Source: Chiloscyllium plagiosum | Lineage: Eukaryota | Direction of reading: 5' to 3' | Length of the DNA: 64,000 bases | Assembly: GCF_004010195.1 (NCBI RefSeq) | Contig: NC_057719.1 | Coordinates: 75,314,597-75,378,596, forward strand | Shown: positions 50,676 to 63,419 of the stretch, in pieces | Numbering within the stretch: the first letter of the stretch is position 1 | How the letters are laid out: every line of letters starts with the position of its first letter | Made by a program: the position numbers and the translations under genes | The notes under the pieces: model-generated | What the model saw: only the letters and a program-made list of their open reading frames with translations | Database searches by the model: none | What the model was told of the DNA's origin: nothing

Positions 50676-52009
50676 ATAATTGCAGGCCATGGAATTCTGG
50701 GCTGCTTGTGCAACTGTGGGGAGACAGCATTACAGTGGAGCCTCATACTTTTCGAACCTCCTCCAAAGTCCACACGCAAACATTGTTAATAGAGGTCATT
50801 TGAGGGGTATTGTGCTGAAAACCCCAGCTGATTTCCCTTGCCATCTTGGCAGCAACAAAGCCAATTATAGCATCCCCATTGCGAAAGATCAACTGACTCC
50901 CAATTGGCCACTGATCAAATCTGATATGTTCCTGGTGTATGTGACTTGACAATCTACTGCTGCACTCAACGAGCAATTACACGGAGACAATTTAGTAACT
51001 AAATTGAACTGAACTTCTTGGATAACTGATAGGAAAAGTATTACCGGGGTAGAATTTCATGCTGTTAACCTATTTATTCACCAGATTGTTAAACCCTGTG
51101 CCAGTTCTGTATGTATTCAAAGCCTACTCCAAACATCCCCAGACAAAAACTAAGTTTCAAAATGGTCTGTGAGCCCAGAATTTGTGTGTCATTTGCACCT
51201 TTTTAATTAGTGAGTGATTCAACTTATATATAGCAAGGAACAAAGTTTTAGTCTTAAACATATGTATCACAAAACTCCATTGGAAGTTAATTAAGTAGTT
51301 GAATAAATTAACCATATCTTAGAGTGATTAATTTAAAATAAAGAGAAAAGGGACTTGCAAAGTTGAAAATCAATTCAATCCTTCAAAGATATCATTGTAA
51401 TTGAAGTGGTCGCTTGGGGTGGAGGGTTACTAACTTACGGAATAGAAGCAGAAGCTTCTACTTGAGCCTTCTCCCCTATTCAATAAGGTCACAGCTGATT
51501 TGTTTATGTTTCCAATTCCACTTTCCCATCTCCTCCCAATAATCTTCGATTCCCCTGCCTAACCAGATATTCACCTTCAGAATATTAAATGACACCCCGC
51601 CCCCGCATCCTCCACCACCTCTTGAGGCAGGGAGAAATCTTTTGAAAAGCATGGAGTTGAAGGCTTGTCGTCAGCAGCTCTGGTGACTTCTGTGGTTAGA
51701 CAGTTGGAGTTGACCTCCATAGGGTACTGTTTGGTAATTTGCACCAGTTACTTGTGTCTTAAATGCTCTTTTTGTAAAATTTATTTTTTATATTAGCATG
51801 GATGGACTGTTTTTCTGGACTTCAGTTTCTCCATTCATCTAATTTTTTACTGCCATTTTGAGGGCCGGTAATGCTGGACTCTTTATTTCTTTACTTTTCT
51901 AATTTTCCTTCCCTAGGAATTTGTACTCAAGAATCTGTACCTAGGTACCTTTGTACCTAAGATGGTGCTGTAAGTGGCGACTTGTAAACTTTCCACTGTA
52001 ATCATGTCA

Positions 52010-52545
52010 GAGGACAAAGCTCAAGTCATGAGTGCGATGGAACACTCCCCACTTATTCGGATGACTGCAGCTCCAACAACACAAGAAGTTCAATACCATT
52101 TGACTGGCACCAATCCTCCACATCTCAAGTTTCAAATGCACTGTTACTACAGTGCCCATCATCTGCATAGTGCAATTCATCAACTTCTGGATGTAGGTTT
52201 GCTCACTGAGACTGTCAACAAACACATCAAGTTAGACCCCATCTACCACTCTTTGAGAAAAAGAATTGGAAATGACATCACCACAGGAAATGACATCACC
52301 AACCCAAAGAAACCCAAACATATAAATAGAAAGCAGGAATGATGAACAGTGCTTCGCCGCTAAAGATGTTACCTAGTAGGGTGACGAAAAGTCTGGAAAT
52401 GAACCTTCCAGCTCAGCGAGCAAACCTACATCCAGAACTTTAACCTGAGCTTCAAATCTCACCATTCATCAACTTGCTAAATCTGCTTCAAAAGTATGTC
52501 TCAAACCTACAATCTCCCAAGACTTAGAAGGACAGGTGCATCATC
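52010..52545 (+). mobile_element. CR1-like (second family) fragment hosting a family D insertion
   Basis: KAQVMSAMEHSPLIRMTAAPTT. Confidence 0.65.
52187..52463 (+). mobile_element. Family D: Penelope 3' terminus with inverted 5' tip and HHR-like motif
   Basis: NKHIKLDPIY (PLE-like C-terminus); 52185-52210 is the inverse of 52412-52437; perfect 12-bp TSD attcatcaactt (52175-86 / 52464-75); CUAAAGA-U-GUUACC-UAGUAG-GGUGAC-GAAA. Confidence 0.75.
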
Positions 52546-53699
52546 TTTTATGTCTCCTCAATACATTAGAAAACGCACTGAGTTTCCATTACTTTTTTTT
52601 ATCGATTTTTGGTTTGGTGCTGTGAACTAAGAGTTGTTAGCTAAGGGTGCCTTTGGACTTTGAAACAGCTTGTAGTAAAAGGAAAAGAATAACTGAACAA
52701 GCTTTGTTTATTTGTGAGGCCTGGGCTGGTAAGGCTACTTGTAAGCTGATGCTTGTTTAAAGAGATTCCAACAGGCACAGGGAACCTGGAAAAAGCATTC
52801 CATTGTACAGATAGTGGAAGTTGATTATTAGCAAAGTCAGTACCTTGGAAGTGGTTCTGGCAAGTCTGGAAGACTTTCAAGCAGATGGCAGTGGTTGAAT
52901 GATAATTGAGGCTAAGGAGGTGTTGATCAGTCTATCAGGGCAGAACCAGAATTGAAATTGTTCTCTTTTGAACTGTGTTTTCTGAAGAAACGAACTTGGC
53001 TGCTGACAACACAGCAAGAACGTTTGAAACTCTGTGTCTATTCCACCACACCAACAGTTGGAACACCTAATGTAGAAAACTGAGTTAAAAGTATTGCTGC
53101 CTCTGCCTGGGTGAGCTGGAAATGTGACCCTAATCAGTGGTTACAGAAAAGCAAACAAGGATTGATATATCTACCTGAAATTATGCATTGTGAAAACTAT
53201 TTAAGTAAACTGGCCCATTTTATTATTTTCTTGTATTTATCCATGAACTGTCTATGTTTGTCTGTCTGTCTTTAGTGTGATTGGGTCTGAAAACAAATGT
53301 TGTGGGTCTAAAGCATAGATATTAATTAGATTACCTTGTTTAATTTTCTCTCTGATAAAGATATTGTGTATATAATAAATACTTAACTCTTCTGTTTAAA
53401 AAATTAACTATTCACAAAACCTGGGATTGGTTATTCAATGGTCTGGTTAAGAATGAATGGAAAGACTATTGGAGTTGAAAGACTATTTGACAGTTTAGTT
53501 TTCCAGGTGCTGCGAGGTTGAAAGGCTGATTTTGCTTCAGTTGTCTGTCTCAGTATTGTAACATATTTCACACACCATCATGACTTTGCAATATTAATTG
53601 GTGCTGAGTCTAAACCCCACTCTTAACAGCACTGCTTTGAATAACTAGATGGATTGTAATGGTTCAAGAAGGTGACTTATCATTAACTTGCCCTTGAAG

Positions 53700-53800
53700 C
53701 TCCTCTCACAATCACCTGATGAAGGAGCGTCGTTCCGAAAGCTAGTGTGCTTCCAATTAAACCTGTTGGACTATAACCTGGTGTTGTGTGATTTTTGACT
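53700..53800 (+). mobile_element. Family C PLE-derived terminal fragment
   Basis: Shares the HHR and ataacctggtgttgtgtgattttt with 32289-32415. Confidence 0.7.
53713..53747 (+). ncRNA. Minimal hammerhead ribozyme motif, intact core
   Basis: CAC-CUGAUGA-A-GGAGC-GUC-GUUCC-GAAA-GCUA-GUG: helix I CAC/GUG, helix II 5 bp, palindromic AGCU helix III, predicted cleavage after A53744. Confidence 0.7.
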
Positions 53801-54294
53801 CACTAAGAACATATTGCTTCTTTTTTGTTGGAAGTGCAATCTTGTCATGTTTATCTCTTTAAATGAAAAATGCTTTTGTGAATTTGGCTTCAGATTTATC
53901 CAGCACTACCTGGCTTTCCTGGAAAAGAACAACCATGTACTCTATAATCAATTTGAGGTATATTTTCCTTGGCCAATATTATTTTGGAAAGAAGAATTGT
54001 TCGAGTGGAAAGCATTGCTTCCAATTTATACTGACCTGTTTTTATTGGCTAAAACTAGGAAACAGAGGAAAATATATCCTCAGGAAGTTTCATTAACTAT
54101 GGAAACAGTAGCTGTGAAATTCTGGAGTTGATGGTGAGGTATTGGTGTTCTTCTAATATCTTGTTGTGATTTTAGCAGGAAGTCAGTAGGAGTTCCCACA
54201 AAGACAACTAAAAATTGATCATTGACACCATTTCTCTGGGGAACCTTACCAGTCTGCATGTTGAAAACCTTGGAGAAAGCCCTTGGAATTTTAG

Positions 54295-54953
54295 TGTGAT
54301 GGACCAGACCAGACCCCCTTGAAATATGTTAAGAAGTGAGCCTGGACCCTAACTTTTTTTTATTTTAAAGGTAAATATCAGGTGCTGTGCCCCAGATGCA
54401 ATTCAATTGATTAAACTACTTGACGTTAAGTAAAACATAATTTAATCAAATACTACAATTAAAGTACAACAAAAGAAAGAAGAATTTGGAATAACTTAAC
54501 TCTACTGGAAAACTTAACAGAATAATAGACACAGTAACTATTACTAATTAACTATTCCAGTACAGTAACATCCCATAAGCACCTTCGCAAAAAGCAAATT
54601 CAGAAAACAGATTTGGCTCACATCCAATCCAAAAGGAAGAGAACCCCCCCTCCCCCACCCCCACCCCCCACCATCCCCAGCTTGTGGCTGTAATTGAGAG
54701 AAGGAAAAATTAATTTCCACTTCTTCAAGACCTCAATAGCAACAGCTACTGAAAACTTAAACTCCCTGGTTCTGTGGGTAGGAGCTTTACCACAACCATT
54801 CAAAGTACTTCTATTGTTTAAAAAGAAACACCCAAGGCTTCAAAGGTTGTTTATCTTCTCATAGACTGCTAGCCACCTGTCTCCTAACCTCTCTTTCCCG
54901 CTCTAAAAGCAACCCGTACAAAACACACCTCTTAAAACCACAGCATCATCACA
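54295..54953. mobile_element. Solo LTR-like element
   Basis: Termini TGTGATG...CATCACA (7-bp inverted, TG..CA); no TSD visible. Confidence 0.45.
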
Positions 54954-57411
54954 GTCATGTTTAGTTTGAACATGCCAGATATGTGTTTAAATATAGACTT
55001 ATATTTGTATGTATTAATACTGCCTGATTGATTCTATTTTCCAGTGTCCCGATCACTATTAATACGTTGGCTTTAGTAAAAGCCAACAACGATGTCAGAA
55101 CTGTTGCTGCAGCAACTATTCTTTTGTTGTTTGTTGAAGGATCCCACATTTCAAAGTGAGAAAAGTTAATTCCAAGTGGTAGAACATAATCCCATTTCAA
55201 ATATCATGTGTCAGGTCCAGATTATGCAAGACTACGTTTTGGTGAGATGCAGAACTAATTTCCTTCTAAAGTGCCTCAGATCTTTAACTCTGACAGAATT
55301 TTACTCCAGAAGGCCAGTCTGCACAGCATTGTTCTGTGCTGTTGATAACTATGAGGAGGGGAGTAGATAAAAATTGATGCCTTTTTATGTTGTGAGGACA
55401 TGTTCCTCACCGCAAGATTCCTAGCCTCTTGTGACCAAGTTATTCATATGGTGAGTTTGGTTCAGTTTCTGGTAACCCTCAGGAGTTGGGGGATTCAGGG
55501 ATGGTAATGACTTCTAAAGTCAAGGGGAGATTGCATAGTGCTCAAATATGGTCTCATAATTTTCAATGTGATAAGCACCTGATAGTGCAGAGATATGGAA
55601 TGCCAGTTCACTGCCATTTTAAATGTTAGTTTGTTTGTTTTTAAGAAAATGGCTTTCAAATAAACATGTTGGTCTTGAAAATGTGCTGGCCAAAGACCAG
55701 TGTTTGAAAATCCCCACGCATGCTGCTTTAGTGATTACGTTCTTCCTCTGGTTAATTGATTGCATTCTCGCTGCTGAGTAACTATATGTTGTGAGATTGT
55801 GACCCCACAAGCCAGAGACCCGGGTACAAAGCCTGCAAAATGAACAGCCATCTCCTTTTCAGCAGTAAATCCTGAGCAAAATGGGGTCTTCAGAGTTGAG
55901 CGATATAATGATATAACAAGAAAGATAGAATCCAAACCAATAGGTTCCCCATGTAAAGAATCCTTGAAAACAGCCTGTCAGTGTTTTTAGTTGCAAGGGT
56001 TCAGTTCTTTGCCAATAGTGATTTAATTTAAAATTCTACACTTTTCTTTCAATTAACTCTGATCTCTTTTTTGTTTAATGCTTGAATTCCTTTAATAGGT
56101 TCTGCACCTTTCACTTTGCCAGATATGCTGGCTGCGGTCCGTACATGAGCATTTCAAATTGGCCACCAGGGATGGATGTTAAAATGCACTTGCAAGCCTG
56201 CAGAAATGTCCAAACTGCAGGAGACTGCACTATCGAGTGATACAGGGTTTAATTTATCTCTCAGACAATGTCATGATGCCAAATCCCTGCCTCAATCGCT
56301 GATGCATCAGAAAATGTGGGAGTGGGAGAAAAGAAGTAAGCATTTCATATTTTAGATCATTTTTGGAAGGCATACATAAAATGCTGGCTGTCAGATCCAA
56401 ACTAGGTTGGCTAGAAACTCGAGTTATAACAATCATAAACATGCAGGAATGGAGAATGGCCAACACATCACAATCTATTGAGCCCTTCAGTTGATTGGAT
56501 TCATTGGTTCCCAAGTAGCACGCTGATGCAGCAATCTCTCAAATTAATGTTTGTTTGTAAAGACTGGGTCTTTAAGTACGATGTCCAAAGGCAAAGGGAC
56601 CAAGATTTCACCTCAGGCAGAAATCTAAAATGAGTGATGGTAATTCATTCTCCTTCCGTCCCAGTTTTTATTTTCACGAACTTCAGGCTGTTACCGCGCA
56701 ATTTTTCTGAGGCACACTGTCGAGATCTATTCACCGACTGGAGCCTTTATCACAGCTTTGTGAAAGTTGCATTCACGTTACCAGTCTAATCAAATAGGGG
56801 TGACATCTATACAGTTGTACTGCGGGATGGCAGCAGGATATTAGGTTGGCAAGTTGGACAATTGTTTCCACTAGGCATCGGGAATTCCAATACCATGTGA
56901 CTGGGAATGGTGGTCAGCTTTAGATTCTTGGCACTGTAAAAGGGTGACAAATCCTTATGATTTGGACATGGAAATATTTGTTATGGCTGCATTGTGAGCC
57001 GTGACTAATTGAGTGTCAAGTGGTTAGATTGTTCCCAACTTACAGTCAGTTCTGCTCACACCATATAGTTTATAACTGACACTTCTAACTGAGCTTTCAG
57101 GAAATCAAAATTGTGGTGGAAGGTTTTTCTGTTGGACATTACTGCATTGGATTGGAAATCTTCTGCTAATTCCACTAACGTCAGCATCAAACACTCCTGG
57201 TTGGTTTAGAGACAGGAACATTCCATGGGGGGCAGACTTGAAAGTGAGGCAAGTAGAACTCCTGGGGGATGGAGTCATTAACAATATCATTAACATGACA
57301 GGGAAAGAAAGATGGATGGTCAGTTATTTAGGGAGATTGGGGTCAAGGGAGCAGGAATATTATGAATAGGATGAGTTGGGTGTCATCTGTTGGCATTTGT
57401 TGAGAGTCACC

Positions 57412-57487
57412 GTTGCATCATTTCCATAATGGTAGTAATGGTAGTAACAGAATATCTGTTGCATCATTTCCATAATGGTAGTAATGG
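57412..57487 (+). repeat. 30-bp perfect direct repeat with 16-nt spacer
   Basis: gttgcatcatttccataatggtagtaatgg at 57412-57441 and 57458-57487. Confidence 0.95.
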
Positions 57488-58882
57488 CACTTGGCAAATT
57501 ACTGAGTGCATTGAGATGTTTGTAGCACTATGCAAATGTAGATATTTTAAAATTTAAATGTAAAGTTCATTGTTGTTTGCAAGTCATTAGTTTATTATGA
57601 TGAATTCTGTGAAAATCACCTGGAAATTATCATTTAATAATGACGTACTGTAATTATCTTATTAATATTTACACATATTGTCATGTCTATGCAGGAACAA
57701 CCTTGGGAACAGTCAAGGAAAGTGCTTGCTGAATGTGAAGTGCAGTGATTGACGCTAAATAAGGAATCTAAGGCCACAGTCATTCCAGACAGCATGATGG
57801 GTTTGAGATTTTTGGAGAAGATTTGTAGCTCAGGTTGTGGATCAGGTTTCAAGCTGGCCATCTGAATGCCCAAGCATCAGAAGTAGTTATAAACAATATC
57901 AGAAAGAACACAAATTATAAATCATGGGTAAAAATTATAAATCATGTCAAATTGACAGGCCATTGCCAAATTAATGACAGAATTGCAGGCAGTAGTGGAG
58001 CCTTGTTTTGATGTACCTTGTGAAATGCTGGAAATTACTTCATTTTGATAGCTATAAAATAACATCACCAATGTCACATCAAGAATATTCAACCACAATT
58101 CAGTGATAGCATTCATGTTAGATTATTCATTGTTACCTTTACGATCAAGATAAATTTAGATCAAAATGATCAGAAGTCGTCTTGAGCGGAAGTATTCGTT
58201 CTGTCTCACTCTCTCTACAGAAGCTGCCTGCCTCATTACGTATATACAGCATATTTACTTTGTTTGTCGATCAGATTTCCAATAACCACTTGCGCTTTGT
58301 TTTTAAATCCCTCTGTCTTTTTCGAAACATAGAAATGAGGAAGAAGGGCTACAGCATTAGATAACATCAAGTTTGGAAACAACAAAAAGAATAAGAATGA
58401 CTTCAAATGATATGTGTGCAACTGAGGTTCCATTGATAATTTCTTCCATTTTTATGTGACTCTCATGGTTTTGTAATAATACATAACAATCATTGCAGCA
58501 AATGCTTCCTTTGAATAATCGGAGAACAATTCATTCTCATGATCCATATGGACGCTCAGTCGGTTTATTTAAATTCTTCCTGTGAATATAACACATAACT
58601 AATACTACAGGTCTCAGCAAGAGAGAATATGATTCATGAAACTCATTGTTTTGATCACATTACACATTAGGTCTGAATTTCTGGGATTGCTAAATCTTGT
58701 CAAGTTCATGGACTGCTGAGGCACCACATTAAGACTTGACCACATAAAGTGCTTTGACATGGAGCCATACAAGGCTAGTGCAAGCTGTTAATATCTTTTA
58801 CCTATAAATACATAGAGTGTGTGTGTGTGAAACCCTGAGCATCTCACCCCCACCCTCTTCACAACACTTGGGTGGAAGATAG

Positions 58883-58987
58883 GAGAAAGTGAGGACTGCA
58901 GATGCTGAAAGTGTGCTGTTGGAAAAGCAGGTCAGGCAGCATCCGAGGAGCAGGAGAGTCAACTTTTCAGGCATAAGCTCTTCAATA
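58883..58987 (-). mobile_element. Family A single-arm element
   Basis: Perfect 13-bp TSD gggtggaagatag (58870-82 / 58988-59000). Confidence 0.85.
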
Positions 58988-59189
58988 GGGTGGAAGATAG
59001 TCATCCTTGGTCTTAAGAGCTTTAAAAAGAGGAAAGTTACATAGGTAATAATGGTCGAGCAGACTTCGTTAGTGCCTTCTTCTGTCAGGTCTCAGTCCCA
59101 TGTTATCTGATGATGTGATAACATAGTTTTTTTTTACATACATGCTCAGTAGCCATGGTTGGCATTTGGGTACAGTTAACCCTTTGCAC

Positions 59190-59420
59190 TATCAGCTCCA
59201 TGGTTATTTTACAGCATAATACATCAACTGTGTCAGCCATTTCCCATCCAGCAGCAGCCTGAAAGAAGCTGTTCAAGGCCTTGGAAGCACTTGTCGGTAT
59301 TTTCTGAATAGCGCCATGGAACTTTTAACAGCAGACTGAATCACCAGAGCAGCCACAGAGGGCTGTGCTTAGACATTTAACCCTTGACAATGTTGAACTC
59401 ACCTGGAGGTTGTTATGCTT
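59190..59420 (-). mobile_element. Possible DeuSINE relic
   Basis: ttctgaatagcgccatggaacttttaac resembles the reverse of the Deu core. Confidence 0.4.
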
Positions 59421-59604
59421 GATCCAAGTGGAACTTGGCTTTATCAATGCTGTGGGGATAATACTTATAAAATTCTCTATAATGGCAGAAGATAAAAAAT
59501 GGAAAGCTCTTCCTCCAAGTTATGCCCAGCATTGTAATTATAGCACATTAATGGATTCATGGGAACACCAAAGTTCCATTCCAAGCTTCACAAAAACATA
59601 AAAA

Positions 59605-59985
59605 AAACTAGGAGCAGGAGTAGGCGAAATGGCCTCTCGAGTCTGCTCTGCCATTCAATAAGGTCATGTTTGTGGACTCAGCTCCACTTACACGCACACT
59701 CACCATAACCATTGATTCCTTTACTGTTCAAAAATCTATCTAGCTTTGGCTTAAAACATTCAATGTGGTGGCCTCAACTGCTTCACTGGGCAGAGAATTC
59801 CACAGATTTACAACCCCTTGGGTGAAGAGGTTCCTCCCTAACTCATTCCTAAATCTGTTCCCTCTTATTTTGAGGCTAGTTTCTAGTTTCACACACCGGT
59901 GGAAACAACCTCCCTGCTTCTAGCTTATCTATTCCCATCATGATCTTCTATGTTTCTGTAAGATCCCCTCTCATTCTTCCAAGTT
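59605..59985 (-). mobile_element. CR1 3' fragment
   Basis: ggagcaggagtaggc...gaattccacagatttacaaccccttgggtgaagaggttcctcc. Confidence 0.8.
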
Positions 59986-60369
59986 CCTCACACTGTCCTG
60001 ACTTGGAACTACGTAGCTGTTCCTCTCTATCGCTTGGTCACAATCCTGGAATGCTTCCCAACAGCTTTATGGGTCTGCCTCCCCCACATGGACTACTGTG
60101 GCTTGAGAAGGCAGCTCAACACCATTCTGTCATGGACAAGCTGGCCCAGCCAATGACACTCATACCCTTTGAACAAATAAATAGAAGAAAATAATATACG
60201 ATGATTTGTTTAAATCAGCAGTTGGATTAGTATGGCGTGTAAACGAGGGAGAAGATCTGCAACTAAGTTATTTCTGAGAACATTCTAAAAATATTTCTGT
60301 TCTTAGTTGGGTTTGAATATTGTTTTCATATTCTGATAATGTTTACAGTTTATTAAAAATTCTTGACTG

Positions 60370-60830
60370 AAGTAGGGAAATTGTACTGGACCTGTATTGA
60401 GTCTTGGTCTAGCCACAGTGATAATATCGTGCCCAGCGTTAATCAGTACACTTTAGGAAAAGCATGGAGGTCTTTGAGAGGACATTTACCAAACAGGTTT
60501 CAGGGTGGGGGATTTTAGGGAGAAGGTTACATTGGAGAAGCTTGCTCGTTCTCCTTGGAAGAAAAGGAGATTGAGGGTAGATTTGAAAGAGCTGCATCAC
60601 TAGTTTAGATGAGAAAATCCTTTCTCATTAGGAGATGGCACAAAGGCTTGGGGACACAGATTTAATGGGATGACTGGAACACGAGGAAAAATGTTTTGAC
60701 AGAAAGAGTGGCGATGACCCAGAATTCCTACTTACAAGAATGGGTTAAGGTGGACATGATGAATGATTTTAAAAGGAAATTGGAATGGGTACTTGGGGGA
60801 GATAAATTTGCAGAACTGATGGTATTACTC
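60370..60830 (+). mobile_element. Degenerate CR1 3' fragment
   Basis: ggagattgagggtagatttga; gggacacagattta; gaggaaaaatgttttgacagaaagagtgg. Confidence 0.55.
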
Positions 60831-60869
60831 AATGGATTCGATAAGCAGAATAGCCTTCATTTTCTTTCA

Positions 60870-62590
60870 TTCATGGAACATAGGGCACTGCTGGCCTGGT
60901 CAGCATTTATTGCTCATCCCAATTTGTCTTTGAGAAGGTGTTTGTGAGCTGCCTTCCTGAGCCCCTGTAATCCACTTGGTGTAATCTCACTGTGTCGTTC
61001 AGAAGGGAGTCCAAGATTTTGGCTCAGTGTCTCTGAAGGAATGGCGATATATTTCCAAGTGAGGATGGTGAGTGACTTGGAAGGGAACTTGCAAGTGGTG
61101 GTGTTCCCATGTACTTGCTGCCCTTGTCCTTCTAGATGGTAGTGATTGTGGATGTGGAAGGTGCTGTCTAAGTAGCGTTGGTGAATTTTTATAACGCATT
61201 TCACAGATAATACAATGTTACTGACATTTCTCATGAGGAGCTTATGCTCGAAACATCGACTCTCCTGTTCCTCAGATACTGCCTGACTGGCTGTGCTTTT
61301 CTAGCACCACACTTTTTGATTCTGATCTCCAGCATCTGCAATCCTCACTTTCTCCACAATGTTACTGTTGTGCCTTGGTGATGGTAGGAGTTGGTGTTTG
61401 TGAATGTAGTGCAAATCAAGTGGGTTGCTTTGTCCTGGATGGTGTCAAGCTTCTTGAGTGTTATTGGAGCTGCACCCATCCAGGCAAGTGGGGAGGATTC
61501 TATCACACTCCTGACTCATGCCTTGTAGGTGACAGACAGGCTTTGAGGTGTCTGAAGTGAGTTACTCACAGCAAGATTATGAATCCTTGCTCTGTTTTGC
61601 ATCCACAGTATTTATGGGGCTAGTCTAGTCCAGTTTGTGGTCAATGGTAACCCCTGAGATAGTGGGGAGTCTCAGTGACAGTAATGCCATTAATAGGGAT
61701 GATGTTTTGTTTGAGGTGGTGTTTTATTTGCACTCGTGTGGTACAAACATTACATTCACTTATCAGCCAAGGTTGGGCATTGTCCCAGTCTTGCTGCATT
61801 TGAACATAGACTGCTTCAGTATCTGGGAAACCATAAATGTTGCTGAACATTGTGCAGTTATCGATGAACACCCCAACGTTTGACTTGTGATGGAAGGAAG
61901 GTCATTGATGAAGCAGCTGAAGATGGTTGGGCCGAGGAAACTACCCTGAAGACCCCCAGCAGTGATGTTTTGGAGCTGAGATGACTGAACTCCAACAACT
62001 ACACCTATTTCTCTTTGCATTCTAAATAGCAAAGATTTTTCCTCCTGATTCCCTGACTCTAGTTTTGCTAGGGTTTCTTGATGACACACTTGATTAAATA
62101 CAGCGTTGACGTCATTCTCCTCTCACCTCTGGAATTCAGCTCTTTTGTCCATGTTTGAACCAAGGCTGTAATGAGGTCACGAGCTGAGTGGCCCTGGTGG
62201 AACCCAAATTTGGTGTCACTGAGTAGGTTATTGCTGAGCAGGTGCTGCTTGATAGCAACTTCCATCACTTTATTGATGATGGTAATTGGACAGGTTGGAT
62301 TTGCTGGATTGTTGGCTGGGTTGGATTTGTTGAATATTTCACATTTTCAAGTAGATGCCAGTGTACAGCTTGGCTAGGGAGCAGTACCTCCAACAGTTTC
62401 TTGATATCAAGTGAAGTGAATCAAATTGATTGAAGACTGGTATCTGTAATGCTGGGGACCACTGCAGGAGACAGAAGTGGACCATCCAATCAGCACTTCT
62501 GGCTGGAGATTGCTATGAATGCTACAGCCTTATCTTTTGCATTGATGTTCCATCATTGAGGACGGGGATATTTGTGGAGCTGTCATTGGC
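60870..62590 (-). mobile_element. CR1-like LINE (second family), RT plus 3' end
   Basis: KQHLLSNNLLSDTKFGFHQGHSARDLITALVQTWTKELN; QGSFLGPTIFSCFINDLPS; MFIDNCT (decayed FADD). Confidence 0.85.
61224..61355 (+). mobile_element. Family A single-arm element inside the LINE
   Basis: Perfect 12-bp TSD acaatgttactg (61212-23 / 61356-67); CUCAUGA-G-GAGC-UUAU-GCUC-GAAA-CAUC. Confidence 0.85.
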
Positions 62591-62840
62591 TCCTATCAAT
62601 CAAACCTTCATTCCTATCCCAGCATCAAAAGCTTGAAATATAATTGTCTAAAAGTTATGAAACCCGGGTGCTGGGTTTAAGTCATTTGAAAAGAAATCCT
62701 GTTCTTCCAAAATTAAATAGCAGATGATCATTTAATAGTTTCACATGGCAACTTTTTTGCTATGATTACTAAATGCTTGGATAAAAAAAACTCCCAAGGT
62801 GTTCATCTATCTAACAATCCCGGACGAGCCCGTGTTTCTT

Positions 62841-63156
62841 AGGGTGGCACGGTGGCACAGTGGTTAGCTCACAGCGCCAAAGACCCGGGTTCAATTCCCA
62901 CCTCAGGCAACTGTCTGTGTGGAGTTTGCACATTCTCCCTGTGTCTGCGTGGGTTTCCTCCGGGTGCTCCGGTTTCCTTCCACAGCATAAAGATGCGCAG
63001 GTTAGGGGAATTGGCCATACTAAATTGCCCGTAGTGTTAGGTGAAAGGGGTAAATGTAGGGGAATGGGTCTGGGTGGGTTGCGCTTCATCGGATCGGTGT
63101 GGTCTTATTGGGCCGAAGGGCCTGTTTCCTCACTGTAAGTAAGCTAATCTAATCTA
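62841..63156 (+). mobile_element. HE1-type SINE
   Basis: gggtggcacggtggcacagtggttagc...gggttcaattccc; (taatc)n tail. Confidence 0.92.
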
Positions 63157-63209
63157 AAAAACACACAATGCACTTTGAGGCCTTTGAGACAGCTTATGAG
63201 GTATTAGAA

Positions 63210-63305
63210 GTGGCTTTTGTTGTGCAGTGGTAATGTCCCTATCTCTGGTCCACGAGGTCTGGGTTCAAGTCCTACCTTATCCAGGTCATTACATCTCTGA
63301 ACAGG
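63210..63305 (+). mobile_element. Short tRNA-like SINE relic
   Basis: A-box-like gtgcagtggtaa, B-box-like ggttcaagtcc. Confidence 0.5.
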
Positions 63306-63419
63306 AGAATGTCAATAAGGTGTTATATAAGTGTAAATATTTCAGTTGCTTATGCCATTGTTTCTATTTTACCACACTGCCATCTAGAGCTTAGATATTA
63401 CACTGCAAGTTATGAAAGC

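Noticed and set aside
57412..57487. CRISPR-like repeat-spacer-repeat
   Set aside because: Only two repeats, a short spacer, vertebrate DNA and no cas genes
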